From Candidatus Krumholzibacteriota bacterium (GTDB taxonomy: Bacteria > Krumholzibacteriota > Krumholzibacteriia > LZORAL124-64-63), in NCBI GenBank assembly GCA_039714075.1, contig JBDLKA010000008.1, positions 1 to 62,651 of the forward strand: DNA of 62,651 nt, given 5' to 3'. Numbering within the stretch: position 1 is the stretch's first letter; the number at the start of each line of letters is the position of its first letter. Under the pieces are notes generated by a model. The model did not search any database. It had not been told where the DNA came from and was given only the letters and a program-made list of their open reading frames with translations. This document shows positions 48,709-59,200 of the stretch, piece by piece. The translations under genes and the position numbers were made by a program.

Positions 48709-48796
48709 ATAGCTGCTTCATTGGCGACACTTCCCGGGTAATGTCGAAGCTCGCGCACTTCAATCTTCATTCCCGGGTAGACCGTGAAGCAGCTAT
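48709..48796 (+). ncRNA. Candidate structured small RNA (strand tentative)
   Basis: Perfect 12-bp terminal stem ATAGCTGCTTCA/TGAAGCAGCTAT enclosing two copies of TTCCCGGGTA. Begins 6 nt after TATAAT. Confidence 0.45.
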
Positions 48797-48866
48797 TAAT
48801 TCAGCCATCCCAAACAGCATACCACCTTCTGAAATCAGGGTCAACATCGGCCCGGATTCCCCTCCG

Positions 48867-48909
48867 AAAAAAACCGGACGGTCCCCGGCCAAAGCCAAAA
48901 ACCGTCCGG
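48867..48909 (-). terminator. Intrinsic terminator of the M16 peptidase operon
   Basis: CCGGACGGT/ACCGTCCGG stem followed by T7 on the minus strand. Confidence 0.75.
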
Positions 48910-48932
48910 ATTGATCGTCAAAAACCGACCTG

Positions 48933-51059
48933 CTACTGGGTGAACAGTCCGGCATCCACGTCGGGATTCGCCTTGAACGATTCCACCGTACCGGTGCCGA
49001 AGAGTTCGTCATCGTAGGTGATGCGCATCGTCTTGGGCATGGTGAAGCCGTCGGCCTCCATGTAGGAGTCGATGTACACCTTCTGGGTGACCGGAGCCTG
49101 GGTCATGGGCGAAACGCCAGGCTGTTCGACCATGACCACCTGGTTCGTGGCCGCATCGATGTAGAGGATCCGGAAATCCTCGCCCACGCCGGTGGCGTAA
49201 ACCGCCTTGCACTTCTTGCCCTCGACTTCCCGGGGCTCGAGCGCCTGGAAGGTCCAGGCGTCCAGGTTGCGCAGCATGCCCAGCATGTCGGTCTGCAACT
49301 CTTCCTTGGCCGCGGCCAGGTCTTCGCCTTCGAGGGGTTTATCGCCCATCGGCCCGGTGGCCCAGCCCTTGTCGCCGGCGATGACGCTGGTCATGTTGCC
49401 GAAAGGCGTCTTCTGCAGGGTGTGGGCCCTGTCGGGAAAGACGACCTGCTTCTCGATGGTGAAGGTCATGTCCATGCCCTGGATGGTGGCCTCGAGCACG
49501 CTGGTTTCACTGTAGCTCTTGATGTCGGCGAATTTCGCCTGCCCGCCGGAGGCATCGGCCACCGAGGCCATCAGGGCCTTGCCGGCCTCGAGGCTGGCCG
49601 GAGAGGCCAGGGGCACTTCCATGGCCGGTTCGGGAATGGTGATGTCCACCATGCTCACCGGACCGAAGGTGGTAAAGTCGCCGTCCCATTCCTTGTAGTT
49701 GCCGACCGCGAAGATGGTCATCTGGTCGGGCTTCCAGACGGCCTGGGCGGCCTCGAGCACCTGCTCCTTGGTCATCGCCTTGACCTGGGCCTGGTACTTC
49801 TGCAGGAAGTCGGGCTCGTACCCGTAGCGCTCGAACATGACCATGCGGTCGAGGATCTCGCGCTTGGTGTCATAGCTGAACACCTCGGAGTTGAGGATTC
49901 CGTCCTTGGCGACGGCCAGTTCCTCGTCGGTGACCGGTTCTGTGATCATCTTCTCGATCTCGGTCAGAACGGCCTCGCTGGCATGCTCGCTGGATTCGCT
50001 CTTGGTCATGGTGAAGGCCATGAAAAGGCCCTCGTTGCGGAACCCGGTGCCGCTGCTGCTGCCCACCGAGTAGGCCAGGCCCTGACGGCTGCGGACCTCG
50101 TTGAACAGGCGCGTGGCGAACCCGCCGCCGAGGATCCGGTTGCCCACCTGGACGCCGGCGTAGTAGGGGCTGTCGGCACGGATGCCCTTGTGACCCATGA
50201 TGATGGTGCTCTGCGTGAGGTCGTCCTTGTCGACGATGTTCACGGTGCGGGGGAAGTCGGGGATCTCCGGATCCGCGGGCAGGGGCACGGTGGCCTTTTC
50301 CCAACCGGCGAACGCGGCCTCGATCTTGCCCACCATTTCCTGACTGTCGAAATCCCCGATGACGACCAGGTACATCCGGTCGGGATGGAACCAGTCATTG
50401 TGGAAGTCGATCATGTCCTGCTGCGTCACCGCCGCGATGGTCGCGTACTCGGCGTGCCGGGCCATGGGGTGATCCGCGCCGAAGACGGCTTTCATGCCTT
50501 CGCGCCGGGCGATGGTCATGGGATCGTCGTTCCGCCTGCTGATGCCGGCTTTCGCCGATTCCTTGGCGATCTTGATCTTGTCCTCGGGGAAGGCGGGATT
50601 GCGCAGGATATCGGCCAGCAGTTCGAGGCCGAGGTCCGTGTCTTCCTTCATCGCGGACAGGTAGGCCCCGCCGCTGGACTGGCCGACCCAGGTTTCGACC
50701 GACAGGCCGCGGGCCTCGACGAGTTCGTCGAGATCGTCGCCGCTGCGTGTCTTGGTGCCGCCGCTGCGCATCACGGTGCCGGTCATGCCGGCCAGACCGA
50801 TCTTGTCGGCCGACTCGTAGATGCTGCCCACGTCGATGGTCGCGCTCAGCTCGACCAGGGGGAACTTGTGGTCCTCGGCCAGATACAGGATCATGCCGCT
50901 TTCCAGCTCCACCCTCTCGTAGGTCGGCATCTTGATTTCGTTCAGTTCGGGAATCTTGATCTTCTCCCAGGGCTTCTTCGCCAGGCTGGCCGGAGCGAAC
51001 GCCAACGTGACGAACACGAGCACCAGGAGCATGGCGGCCATTCTCTGGTTGGTCTTCAT
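48933..51059 (-). CDS. M16B peptidase non-catalytic subunit with an extra C-terminal LolA-like beta domain
   Basis: HxxEH is absent, RLFNEVRSRQGLAY is present, signal peptide, about 230-aa C-terminal extension. Confidence 0.85.
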   Translation of the reverse strand: MKTNQRMAAMLLVLVFVTLAFAPASLAKKPWEKIKIPELNEIKMPTYERVELESGMILYLAEDHKFPLVELSATIDVGSIYESADKIGLAGMTGTVMRSGGTKTRSGDDLDELVEARGLSVETWVGQSSGGAYLSAMKEDTDLGLELLADILRNPAFPEDKIKIAKESAKAGISRRNDDPMTIARREGMKAVFGADHPMARHAEYATIAAVTQQDMIDFHNDWFHPDRMYLVVIGDFDSQEMVGKIEAAFAGWEKATVPLPADPEIPDFPRTVNIVDKDDLTQSTIIMGHKGIRADSPYYAGVQVGNRILGGGFATRLFNEVRSRQGLAYSVGSSSGTGFRNEGLFMAFTMTKSESSEHASEAVLTEIEKMITEPVTDEELAVAKDGILNSEVFSYDTKREILDRMVMFERYGYEPDFLQKYQAQVKAMTKEQVLEAAQAVWKPDQMTIFAVGNYKEWDGDFTTFGPVSMVDITIPEPAMEVPLASPASLEAGKALMASVADASGGQAKFADIKSYSETSVLEATIQGMDMTFTIEKQVVFPDRAHTLQKTPFGNMTSVIAGDKGWATGPMGDKPLEGEDLAAAKEELQTDMLGMLRNLDAWTFQALEPREVEGKKCKAVYATGVGEDFRILYIDAATNQVVMVEQPGVSPMTQAPVTQKVYIDSYMEADGFTMPKTMRITYDDELFGTGTVESFKANPDVDAGLFTQ

Positions 51060-51107
51060 GATCGTTCCTTTCGACACCCCGTCACTGCGGGGTGCGGCTG
51101 AAGCTCC

Positions 51108-52613
51108 CTAGGAGGCCTCTTCGGTTTCAATGATGGCGACGGTGCGGTTGGTCTCGACGAAAATCTCCGCCGCCACCCGCTTGATGTCCTCGAGCGTCAC
51201 GGCTTCGATCTGCTCGACTTCCTGGAACAGCTCGCGCCAGTCGCCCGTGTACGTCTGGTACCAGGCCAGCTGGCTGGCCATGCCGGCGTTGCCGCGCAGC
51301 CCGCGGATGAAATTGGCCCGCGTGCGCTGCTTGACGGCTTCCAACTCTTCGGCGGTGATGCCCTCGGCCACGATCTTGTCGATCTCGGCGAAGATGGCCT
51401 TCTCCATGTCCGCACCGGTCTGGCCCTTGACGGGAATGGCGAAGGCGATCAGGCCGGTCTGGTACTTCTTCCCGGGGAAGCCGGGGAAGGTCATGGCCTG
51501 GACGGCGATCTTCTGTTCCTTGACCAGGCTCTTGTACAGGCGGCTGGTGCGGCCCTGGCCCAGGACGTCGGCGATGACCTCGTAAACCGGCCAGTCCGGA
51601 TGCCGGACGTTCTCGATGTGGTAGCCGGCGGCGAACACGGGCTGGGCCGGATCCTTCAGGACCATCCGTTTTTCACCCAGTTGCTTGGGCTCCAAGGTCT
51701 CGACCGGCTGGGGATTGCCCTTGGGAATGTCCGAGAAGTACTTCTTGGCGTACTTCTTGACCTCGTCGAGCTTCACGTCGCCCACCAGGGCCACGACGAA
51801 GTTCGATCCGACGTAGTTCTCGTCGTAGTAACGCTGGCAGTCCGCGCGGCTGATGTTGTTGATGTCGGACATGTACCCGATGGTCGAGTGGTGGTAGCCG
51901 TTGGCCATGAACATCAGGTTCTGGAACTGCTCGATCATGCGGCCGATGGGGTTGTTGTCCGTGCGCATGCGGCGCTCTTCGGTGACCGGCCCGTCCTTCT
52001 CGGTGTAGAACTCGCGCAGCACCGGGTTGGCCATGCGGGAACCCTCGAGATAGGCCCACAACTCCAGGCGGTTGCTGGGGAAGTTGTACAGGTACACCGT
52101 CACGTCGCTGCTGGTGTAGGCGTTCAGGCCCTGGCCGCCGTTGTTTTCGATGATCTGGCCGAACTCGTTGGTCACCACCAGTTCGCGGGCGGCATCCTTG
52201 GCGGCGGTGAAGGCCGCTTCCAGTTCCTCGATTTTGGCCGGGTCGGCATTGATGCCCTTCAAACGCTCGGCCTTGAGCGCGGCAAACGCCTCGTCCTCGA
52301 CGGCCATGGCCTTCAATTCGGCCTTGTGGTCGTTGGTGCCGATTTCCGATGTGCCCTTGAAGGCCATGTGCTCAAGGATGTGGGAAAGACCGGTAATTCC
52401 CCGGACCTCGTTGGCGCTGCCCACGTTCACGAAAGTCCGGAAGGAAAACACGGGGACGTCGTGGTTTTCCAGCACGATGAAATGCACCCCGTTGTCCAGG
52501 GTGAATTCCTGGATCTGGCCCTCGAGATCGAGGTATGTCTGGGCGCCGGCCCCGGCTGCTCCCAACAGCAGGAAGACCACGGCCACAGTCAGGATACGGA
52601 TTCTAGCAGGCAT
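51108..52613 (-). CDS. M16B zinc peptidase catalytic subunit
   Basis: GLSHILEHMAFKGT, NAYTS, EERR motifs and a signal peptide. Confidence 0.93.
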   Translation of the reverse strand: MPARIRILTVAVVFLLLGAAGAGAQTYLDLEGQIQEFTLDNGVHFIVLENHDVPVFSFRTFVNVGSANEVRGITGLSHILEHMAFKGTSEIGTNDHKAELKAMAVEDEAFAALKAERLKGINADPAKIEELEAAFTAAKDAARELVVTNEFGQIIENNGGQGLNAYTSSDVTVYLYNFPSNRLELWAYLEGSRMANPVLREFYTEKDGPVTEERRMRTDNNPIGRMIEQFQNLMFMANGYHHSTIGYMSDINNISRADCQRYYDENYVGSNFVVALVGDVKLDEVKKYAKKYFSDIPKGNPQPVETLEPKQLGEKRMVLKDPAQPVFAAGYHIENVRHPDWPVYEVIADVLGQGRTSRLYKSLVKEQKIAVQAMTFPGFPGKKYQTGLIAFAIPVKGQTGADMEKAIFAEIDKIVAEGITAEELEAVKQRTRANFIRGLRGNAGMASQLAWYQTYTGDWRELFQEVEQIEAVTLEDIKRVAAEIFVETNRTVAIIETEEAS

Positions 52614-52755
52614 GAACGCCTCCGATGTTTTGCCCTGGGGTACAGGGCGGCACAATTCTGACCCGGCCTTTTCCAGGCAGGGCGCGAGAAAACTGAAAAA
52701 CAGCCTGAATTCCTGTGAATTCGGGCCCAATGGCGGGGGTTTGAAACGTTTTGGC

Positions 52756-52784
52756 AAGCTATCATGACCCCTGCTGTATGTCAA
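52756..52784 (-). promoter_or_regulatory. Sigma-70 promoter of the M16 operon
   Basis: TTGACA-17 nt-TAGCTT with a TGn extension. Confidence 0.65.
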
Positions 52785-52798
52785 ACAGGGGTGGTACG

Positions 52799-52896
52799 TA
52801 CCAAAGGGAGACGGGGTTCCGGGTGTTTTGAATAATCCTCAGGCCTGCGGCCCTGCGGATTATTCAAAACACCCGGAACCCCGTCTCCCTTTGGTA
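52799..52896. repeat. Long perfect palindrome (REP/MITE-like), copy 2
   Basis: 40-nt perfect arms at 52799-52838 and 52857-52896 around an 18-nt centre. Core TCCTCA...CCTGCGGATTA. Confidence 0.9.
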
Positions 52897-52931
52897 AGCA
52901 CCGCCGCTGCCAAGAGCAAGAGGGGGCGCGA

Positions 52932-55900
52932 CTACTTCAAGAGGGTCATCTTTCCCAGGACGGACTCGCCCGCTGCGCGGGCATCGTAGAAATAGAGGCC
53001 GCTGGCCGCGGCGGAGCCCTGGTTGTCGGTGCCGTCCCAGACGACGGTCTGGTCGGCGCCGGCGGGGCGCGGGCCGTCGATCAGGGTCTTTACCAGCTGG
53101 CCGCGCACGTTGTAGATGCTCAGTTTGAAGTGGCCCGCCCGGGGCAGCGAATACTTGATCGTCGTGCTCGGATTGAAGGGGTTTGGATAGTTGCCGGCCT
53201 GGAAGGTTATGCCCGGCACTTCGATATCGACCGGTGACGGGACTCCCGCCGGAACACCGAAGTACTGCAGGACGTCTCCCAGGAGCTGAGCGCGGCCCGG
53301 CAGGATATTGACCGGGGCGGCAGGGTCATTGTAGATGTTCATCAGGTCGTACGGTAACGAAATGACGCGGCTGGTGCCCATCAGGCCCGCGGTTGAATCC
53401 AGGGTGGCCGCGGAGTAGGTATAGACTCCCGGTACGCCAATCGGATCAGTGAATTCGGCCAGGCGGGTTCCGTTATTGAAAGTCGCCACGGCGTCAAAGG
53501 TGTTGATGCCGGAACAGCCGCCGAAGGCGATCCAACTCTGAAGGCCGCCATTGAAAACCGGATTGGAAGCCGTGGCCACGGCCAGCGGTGACGTCTGGTT
53601 GCCTATGAGCGGCCGGATATCCTGTTCGTGGAATTGAACTCCCATGTAGTTTTCCAGGAGTCCCACGGTTGCCGAACCCTTCCAGATAAGGTCACTCGCC
53701 AGGTTATCACCGGTCAAGAACATGTCCTTTCCGCCCTGATCTAGCCAGCCGGTCAGGGTTCCGACATCGTCCCCGGGGTCGTTTTGGTAATCGCCGTTGG
53801 CGATGGTGTTCACCCACAGATCGCCCGCCGTGTAGAGGATTTCCTCGTACCCCTCCAGCAGAATACCGTTGGCGCGGCCGCCGATGCCGTTGCCGACTCC
53901 CGAGGTGGGCCCGTTGACGTAATAAACGTCATAGTCATCCTCCACCAGCAGGCCCAGTTGGTTGAAGGCGGAATACCACTCATCCTCGCCGCCACGATTG
54001 GCGAAGTCGTTGATGAACAGTATGCCCGGGTGGCTGAAGTCCGCCTCTAGCGATGGCAAGGCGCGGACCGTGAAGGTGGAGTTGTAACCCATGGGGTCGC
54101 CGAAGCCGGTGCTGAAACCCGTTGTGTCGGGAGGCATGAGGGCGGTCCGGGGATCGGTGCCGCCCGCACCGCCGATGGCATCCGTCGCGGCGATGTAGTA
54201 GTGCAGCACGTCGCCCGGGAACAGGAAACCCGTATCCGGCAGGTCGAAGGCCCATTTATCCTGGGTCGGGGTGCCGCTGTACCCGACGGCCGGCATACCT
54301 GTGACCGAGCCTGCGGCCGGCAGACCGGAGGTCCGGTACGGATCGAAGACGGGATTGCGGTCCATGATGTAGTGTAGCTCGGGATCACCGTCGAGTCCGG
54401 AGCCTGTTCGCATGGGCTTGATGTCGACAACCAGCGAATCCCCGGGGTCATTCCGCAAATGAGATGCCGGGGAAATATGGTTTGCCATGTCGAAGCGAAC
54501 ACTGTGGGACCCCGGATCACCGGGATCGATGGAACCACGATCAGGGAAGTTGTCCTGGGCCAGATCATACTCGCGGGCGGACATGGCCGGGCCGAGGTGT
54601 GGAAAGATCTTGAGGGTCACGTTGTCGAAGTAGGGCGCCGGGTAGCCATCGTTGCCGACCCAAAAATGCACCCAGCCGAATTCGAAGACCGCCAACTGGA
54701 TCTGGATTTCGTCACGGCCCGGGTTCAGCAGGTCGGTTACGAATTCCTCATGGTGGTGATATTCCGGCCCCCCGAAGTTGAGCCAATTCCTGTCCATCCA
54801 ACCCTGGGAGGCGATATCCTGGACTCCGCTGCCCGCCGAGTTGTCGGTGTCCGCGGACCTGACACCCCAGAGGTATGCTATTCCGGGAGCGTCAGCGGTC
54901 AGATCCTCGTGACGGTAAACGCTGAAGGTCAGAATCGCCCCATCGTAATCGGGCCCGGTCCCGCTCTTGGGGGCGGGCCAGGTCATCACAGGGGATTCGA
55001 TGGCATTGTGAAGATGTTCCGAAGGGCCGCCCAGACCGCCGGTCGTGTTGACGATGTAACCGCCCGGACCGTAACACCAGTTGAGGCATTGGGTGCCGCC
55101 GGTGCCCGGGACCACGATCCCGTCGTCGATGAAAGCCGCCTGCGGCGAAGTATTGGAAATACAGGGATCGAGGTCGTCGAGACCCATCCAGATCTTGGCG
55201 AAGTCCCCCACCCCTGGAGGATAGCCGATACTCCACAGTCCGAAATCGTCGGCCACGCCGCCGTGCTCGAAATCCTCGAAGTAATCCATGGTGAACCCGC
55301 CGTTGACCAGGTGGACGTTGATGTCGTCGACCTGGCACGCACCGGCGGTCGGATACTTGCAATCGGTGTCGGACCAGCTGCCGTCGGACTTGAAGCGGAA
55401 GTACACGGCGATATCCGTTCCGTCCAGGTACTCTGCGGGCTGGTAGGTTACCGAATCGTTGACCGCCACGGTCCCGAAGCTATCCCAGACCTGCATGTTG
55501 GCATAATTTTGACCTTCGTACAGGTAACTCAGGTAGATGTAGTCGTAACCAGGCTCCGTGTCGTGGATCAAGGTGGCGGTGACCGTCACGGTTGAACCGA
55601 CCCCGGGATTGGGCACGGTCTGGCGGAATTCGATGAGATCGTGCCAGCTATTGCCGTAGCCGCCCTCGACGTCGCTGGTATCGCAGGCGGCAATACTTAT
55701 ATCTCCGCACCACGCGGCAAAGTTGGCGGGATCGGGTTGGTTGTAATTGCTGACGTTCCAGTGGGACACGGTGGGCTTATTGATGTCGTAGTGGGTCCAG
55801 CCGTTCCAGTCGGGGTTGCCGTCCGCATTTTCGAAATCACCGAAAAAGGCAGGTTCGCCGGATTCGTTGGTCGGGTCGCCGTGCGAGGCCATCAGGTTGA

Positions 55901-56057
55901 TGGTGTCGGCCCCGGCCTTGGCCAGGTCCGGGCTGCCGCCGTAAACCATCTCCCCACCGCTGGAAAGCCGGGGCACTTCACCGGCCTGGACCAGGGAGAC
56001 GAGAAAAACCGCCAGGAGAACAAAGGGTACGGGAAGGGCGAAGGAACGAGTTTTCAT
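52932..56057 (-). CDS. Large secreted FlgD-Ig-tailed protein, paralogue 1 (1041 aa)
   Basis: Signal peptide, InhA/MAM-like DTEPGYDY and FRFKSDG, an alpha/beta domain, and NYPNPFNP...SGLYF. Confidence 0.9.
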   Translation of the reverse strand: MKTRSFALPVPFVLLAVFLVSLVQAGEVPRLSSGGEMVYGGSPDLAKAGADTINLMASHGDPTNESGEPAFFGDFENADGNPDWNGWTHYDINKPTVSHWNVSNYNQPDPANFAAWCGDISIAACDTSDVEGGYGNSWHDLIEFRQTVPNPGVGSTVTVTATLIHDTEPGYDYIYLSYLYEGQNYANMQVWDSFGTVAVNDSVTYQPAEYLDGTDIAVYFRFKSDGSWSDTDCKYPTAGACQVDDINVHLVNGGFTMDYFEDFEHGGVADDFGLWSIGYPPGVGDFAKIWMGLDDLDPCISNTSPQAAFIDDGIVVPGTGGTQCLNWCYGPGGYIVNTTGGLGGPSEHLHNAIESPVMTWPAPKSGTGPDYDGAILTFSVYRHEDLTADAPGIAYLWGVRSADTDNSAGSGVQDIASQGWMDRNWLNFGGPEYHHHEEFVTDLLNPGRDEIQIQLAVFEFGWVHFWVGNDGYPAPYFDNVTLKIFPHLGPAMSAREYDLAQDNFPDRGSIDPGDPGSHSVRFDMANHISPASHLRNDPGDSLVVDIKPMRTGSGLDGDPELHYIMDRNPVFDPYRTSGLPAAGSVTGMPAVGYSGTPTQDKWAFDLPDTGFLFPGDVLHYYIAATDAIGGAGGTDPRTALMPPDTTGFSTGFGDPMGYNSTFTVRALPSLEADFSHPGILFINDFANRGGEDEWYSAFNQLGLLVEDDYDVYYVNGPTSGVGNGIGGRANGILLEGYEEILYTAGDLWVNTIANGDYQNDPGDDVGTLTGWLDQGGKDMFLTGDNLASDLIWKGSATVGLLENYMGVQFHEQDIRPLIGNQTSPLAVATASNPVFNGGLQSWIAFGGCSGINTFDAVATFNNGTRLAEFTDPIGVPGVYTYSAATLDSTAGLMGTSRVISLPYDLMNIYNDPAAPVNILPGRAQLLGDVLQYFGVPAGVPSPVDIEVPGITFQAGNYPNPFNPSTTIKYSLPRAGHFKLSIYNVRGQLVKTLIDGPRPAGADQTVVWDGTDNQGSAAASGLYFYDARAAGESVLGKMTLLK

Positions 56058-56115
56058 GATCTGCCCCTTGGAAATACAAATTTTTACAGCAGTAATCGGC
56101 GAACGAATGTCAATG

Positions 56116-56144
56116 ATGGTAAAGCAATAGCGGGGCTGATGCAA
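56116..56144 (-). promoter_or_regulatory. Sigma-70-like promoter of paralogue 1
   Basis: TTGCAT-17 nt-TACCAT. The boxes are conserved with the paralogue 2 promoter. Confidence 0.65.
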
Positions 56145-56203
56145 CTCGCCCTATATCAACCAGATACATTCCCCACCGTTTCTGTCTAGGTTACAATGAC
56201 TTA

Positions 56204-59200
56204 TCACTTCATGAGCATCATTTTCCCCGTTTTGACCTCGCCCGCCGCGCGGGCCTCGTAGAAATAGAGGCCGCTCGCCGCAGCCGTGCCCAGGTTGTCG
56301 CTGCCGTCCCAGACTACGGTCTGGTTTTCGCCGGCGGGGCGCGGGCCGTCGATCAGGGTTTTCACCAGCTGGCCGCGCACGTTGAAGATGCTCAGCTTCA
56401 GATGACCCGCCCGGGGCAGCGAGTACTTGATGGTCGCCCGCGGATTGAAGGGGTTCGGGTAATGGCTCGCCTGGAACCTGATGCCGGGAATATCGTCGAC
56501 GCCGCTCGGATCGTTCCCGGACACCACGCCGAAATAATCCAGGACGTCCATCAGAAGCAGCGCGCGACCAGGGACCTGGTGGACGGGTGCTGCGGGATCG
56601 GTATAGACGTTCATCAGGTCGTAGGGCAGGGAGATGACCCTGCTGTTGCCCGCTTGACCCACGACGGCATTCAGGGTGGCCGCCGAGTAGGTATAGACTC
56701 CCGGCACGCCCACGGGGTCGGTGAATTCGGCCACGCGGTTACCGGTACCGAAGACACTCACGGCATCGAAGGTGTTGATGCCGGGACAGCCCCCGAATGC
56801 GACCCAACTTTGCAATCCGCCGTTGAAAACCGGATTGGCGGCCGTGGCCACGACCAAGGGGCTCGTCTGGTTGCCTATGAGCGGTAAAATATCCTTTTGT
56901 TGTATTCCGACACCCATGATGTCATTCAGGAATTGATTAGCGGCCGTTCCCGAAAATGAGAGACTATACGCCAGGTTGTCGCCGGTCAGGAACATGTCCT
57001 TGCCGCCGATTTCCAGCCAACCGGTCAGGGTTCCCACATCATCGCCGGAGTCGTTGTTGAAGTCACCGTTGGCGATGGTGTTCAACGACAGATCGCCCGC
57101 CGTGTAGAGGATCTCGTCATACCCCGCCAGCAGGGCACTGTCGGCGCGCCCGCCGATGCCGTTGCCGACGCCCGTGGAAGGCCCGTTGACGTAATAGACG
57201 TCATAGCCCTCCCCCACCAGCAGACCCGCGTTGCCGAGGGCGGTGTGCCACTCGTCCTCGCCGCCCAGGTTGGCGAAGTCGTTGATGAAAAGTATGCCCG
57301 GGTGGCTGAAGTCCGCCTCGAGCGAGGGCAGGGCCCGGACCGTGAAGGTGGAGTTGTACCCCAAGGGATCACCGAAGCCGGTACTGAAACCCGTAGTGTC
57401 GGGAGGCATCAGGGCGGTCCGGGGATCGTTACCGCCTTCGCCGCCGATGGCGTCCGTCGCGGAGATGAAGTAATGCAACACATCGCCCGGGAACAGGAAC
57501 CCCGTGTCGGGCAGATCGAAGGCCCATTTATTCGCGGTCGGCGTGCCGGCAAGACCCACGGCGGGCTGACCGGCGACCGAGCCCACGGAAGGCAGACCGG
57601 AGGTCCGGTACGGATCGAAGACCGGGTTGCGGTCCACGATGTAATGCAGTTCCGGAGCACCGTCGAGTCCCGCACCGGTCCGCCTGGCGGTGATATCGAC
57701 AACCAGTGAGTCCCCGGGATCGTTCCGCAGATGAGAAGCCAACGAAATGTTGTTTCCCATGTCGAAGCGAACGCTGTGGGAACCGGGATCGTTGGAATCG
57801 ATCGTCCCGGATTCGGGGAAGTTGTCCTGGGCCAGGTCGAATTCACGGGCGGACATGGCCGGGCCGATGTGCGGGAAGATCTTGAGGGTCACGTTGTCGA
57901 AATAGGGCGCCGGGGTGCCGTCGTTGCCATTCCAGTGAAAGATCCAGCCGAACTCGAAGGGCGCCAGCTGGATCTGGACCTCGTCCCGGCCCGGGTTCAT
58001 CAGGTCGGTCGCGAACTCCACCTTGCGGTGGTAATCCGGCCCTCCGAAGTAGACGAAGTTCCGATCCTGCCACTCCTGCGTGGCGATATTCTGGACACCA
58101 AAACCCGCCGAACCATCCGTATCCGCGGACCGGACGGCCCAGATGAAGAAAATGCCGGGAGCATCCGCCGAAAGGTCTTCGTGGCGATAGACGGTGAAAG
58201 ACAGGACCGCACCGTCGTAATCGGGCCCGGTGCCATTCTTGGGGGCGGGCCAGGTCATTACCGGGGATTCGATGGGATTGAGCAGGTGTTCCCTCGGACC
58301 CGCCAGACCGCCGAGCGTGTTGACGATGTAACCGCCCGGCCCGTAACACCAGCTGAGGCATTGGGTGCCCCCCGTGCCGGGAATAACGATCCCATCGTCG
58401 ATGAACGCGACCTGGGGTGTGGTGTTGGTCACGCAGGGATCGAGGTCATCGAGCCCCGACCAGATCTGGGCGAAGTCTCCCACCCCCGGGGGAAACGCGA
58501 TGTTCCACAGTCCGAAATCGTCGGCCACGCCCCCGTGTTCGAAATCCTCGAAGAAATCCTCGGTATAACCGGCGTTGACCAGGCGGACGTTGATGTCGTC
58601 GATCTGGCACGCGCCGGCGGTCGGCCATTTGCAATCGTCGTCGGACCAGGCGCCGTCCGAAGTGAACCGGAAGTACACCGCGATATCCGTACCGTCCAGG
58701 TAGTCCGAGGGCTGATACGTGACCGAATCGCTGACCGCCACGGTTCCGTCACCGTCCTCGACCCAAAGGTCCGCGTATGGCTGCTCCTTGTATCGATAGC
58801 TCAGGTAGACGTAATCGTACCCAGGTTCCGTATCCATGATCACGGTGGCGGTGACCTTCACCATCGACTCGACCGCGGGAAAAGGCACGGTCTGACGGAA
58901 TTCGATGAGGTCGTGCCAGCTATTGCCGTAACCGCCCGCCACGTCGGAGGTGTCGCAGGCGGCGAAGCTGATGTCTCCGCACCACGCGGCGTGGTTGGCC
59001 GGATCGGGCTGGTTGTAGTTGCTGACTTGCCAGTGAGAAACCGTGGGCTGGGTGGCGTCCCAGTGGGTCCAGCCGTTCCAGTCCGGGACGCCCGCCGCGC
59101 TTTCGAAGTCGCCGAAATAGAAGGGCTCGCCGGGCCCGTTCGTCGGGTCGGAACGGGTCGCCATCAGGTTGATGGTGTCGGCCCCGGCCTTGGCCAGGTC

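Noticed and set aside
48709..48796. SRP (4.5S) RNA or retron msr-msd identity for the structured element
   Set aside because: GAAGCAGC is present but the CAGG-stem-GNRA helix-8 pattern is not. No reverse transcriptase is nearby.
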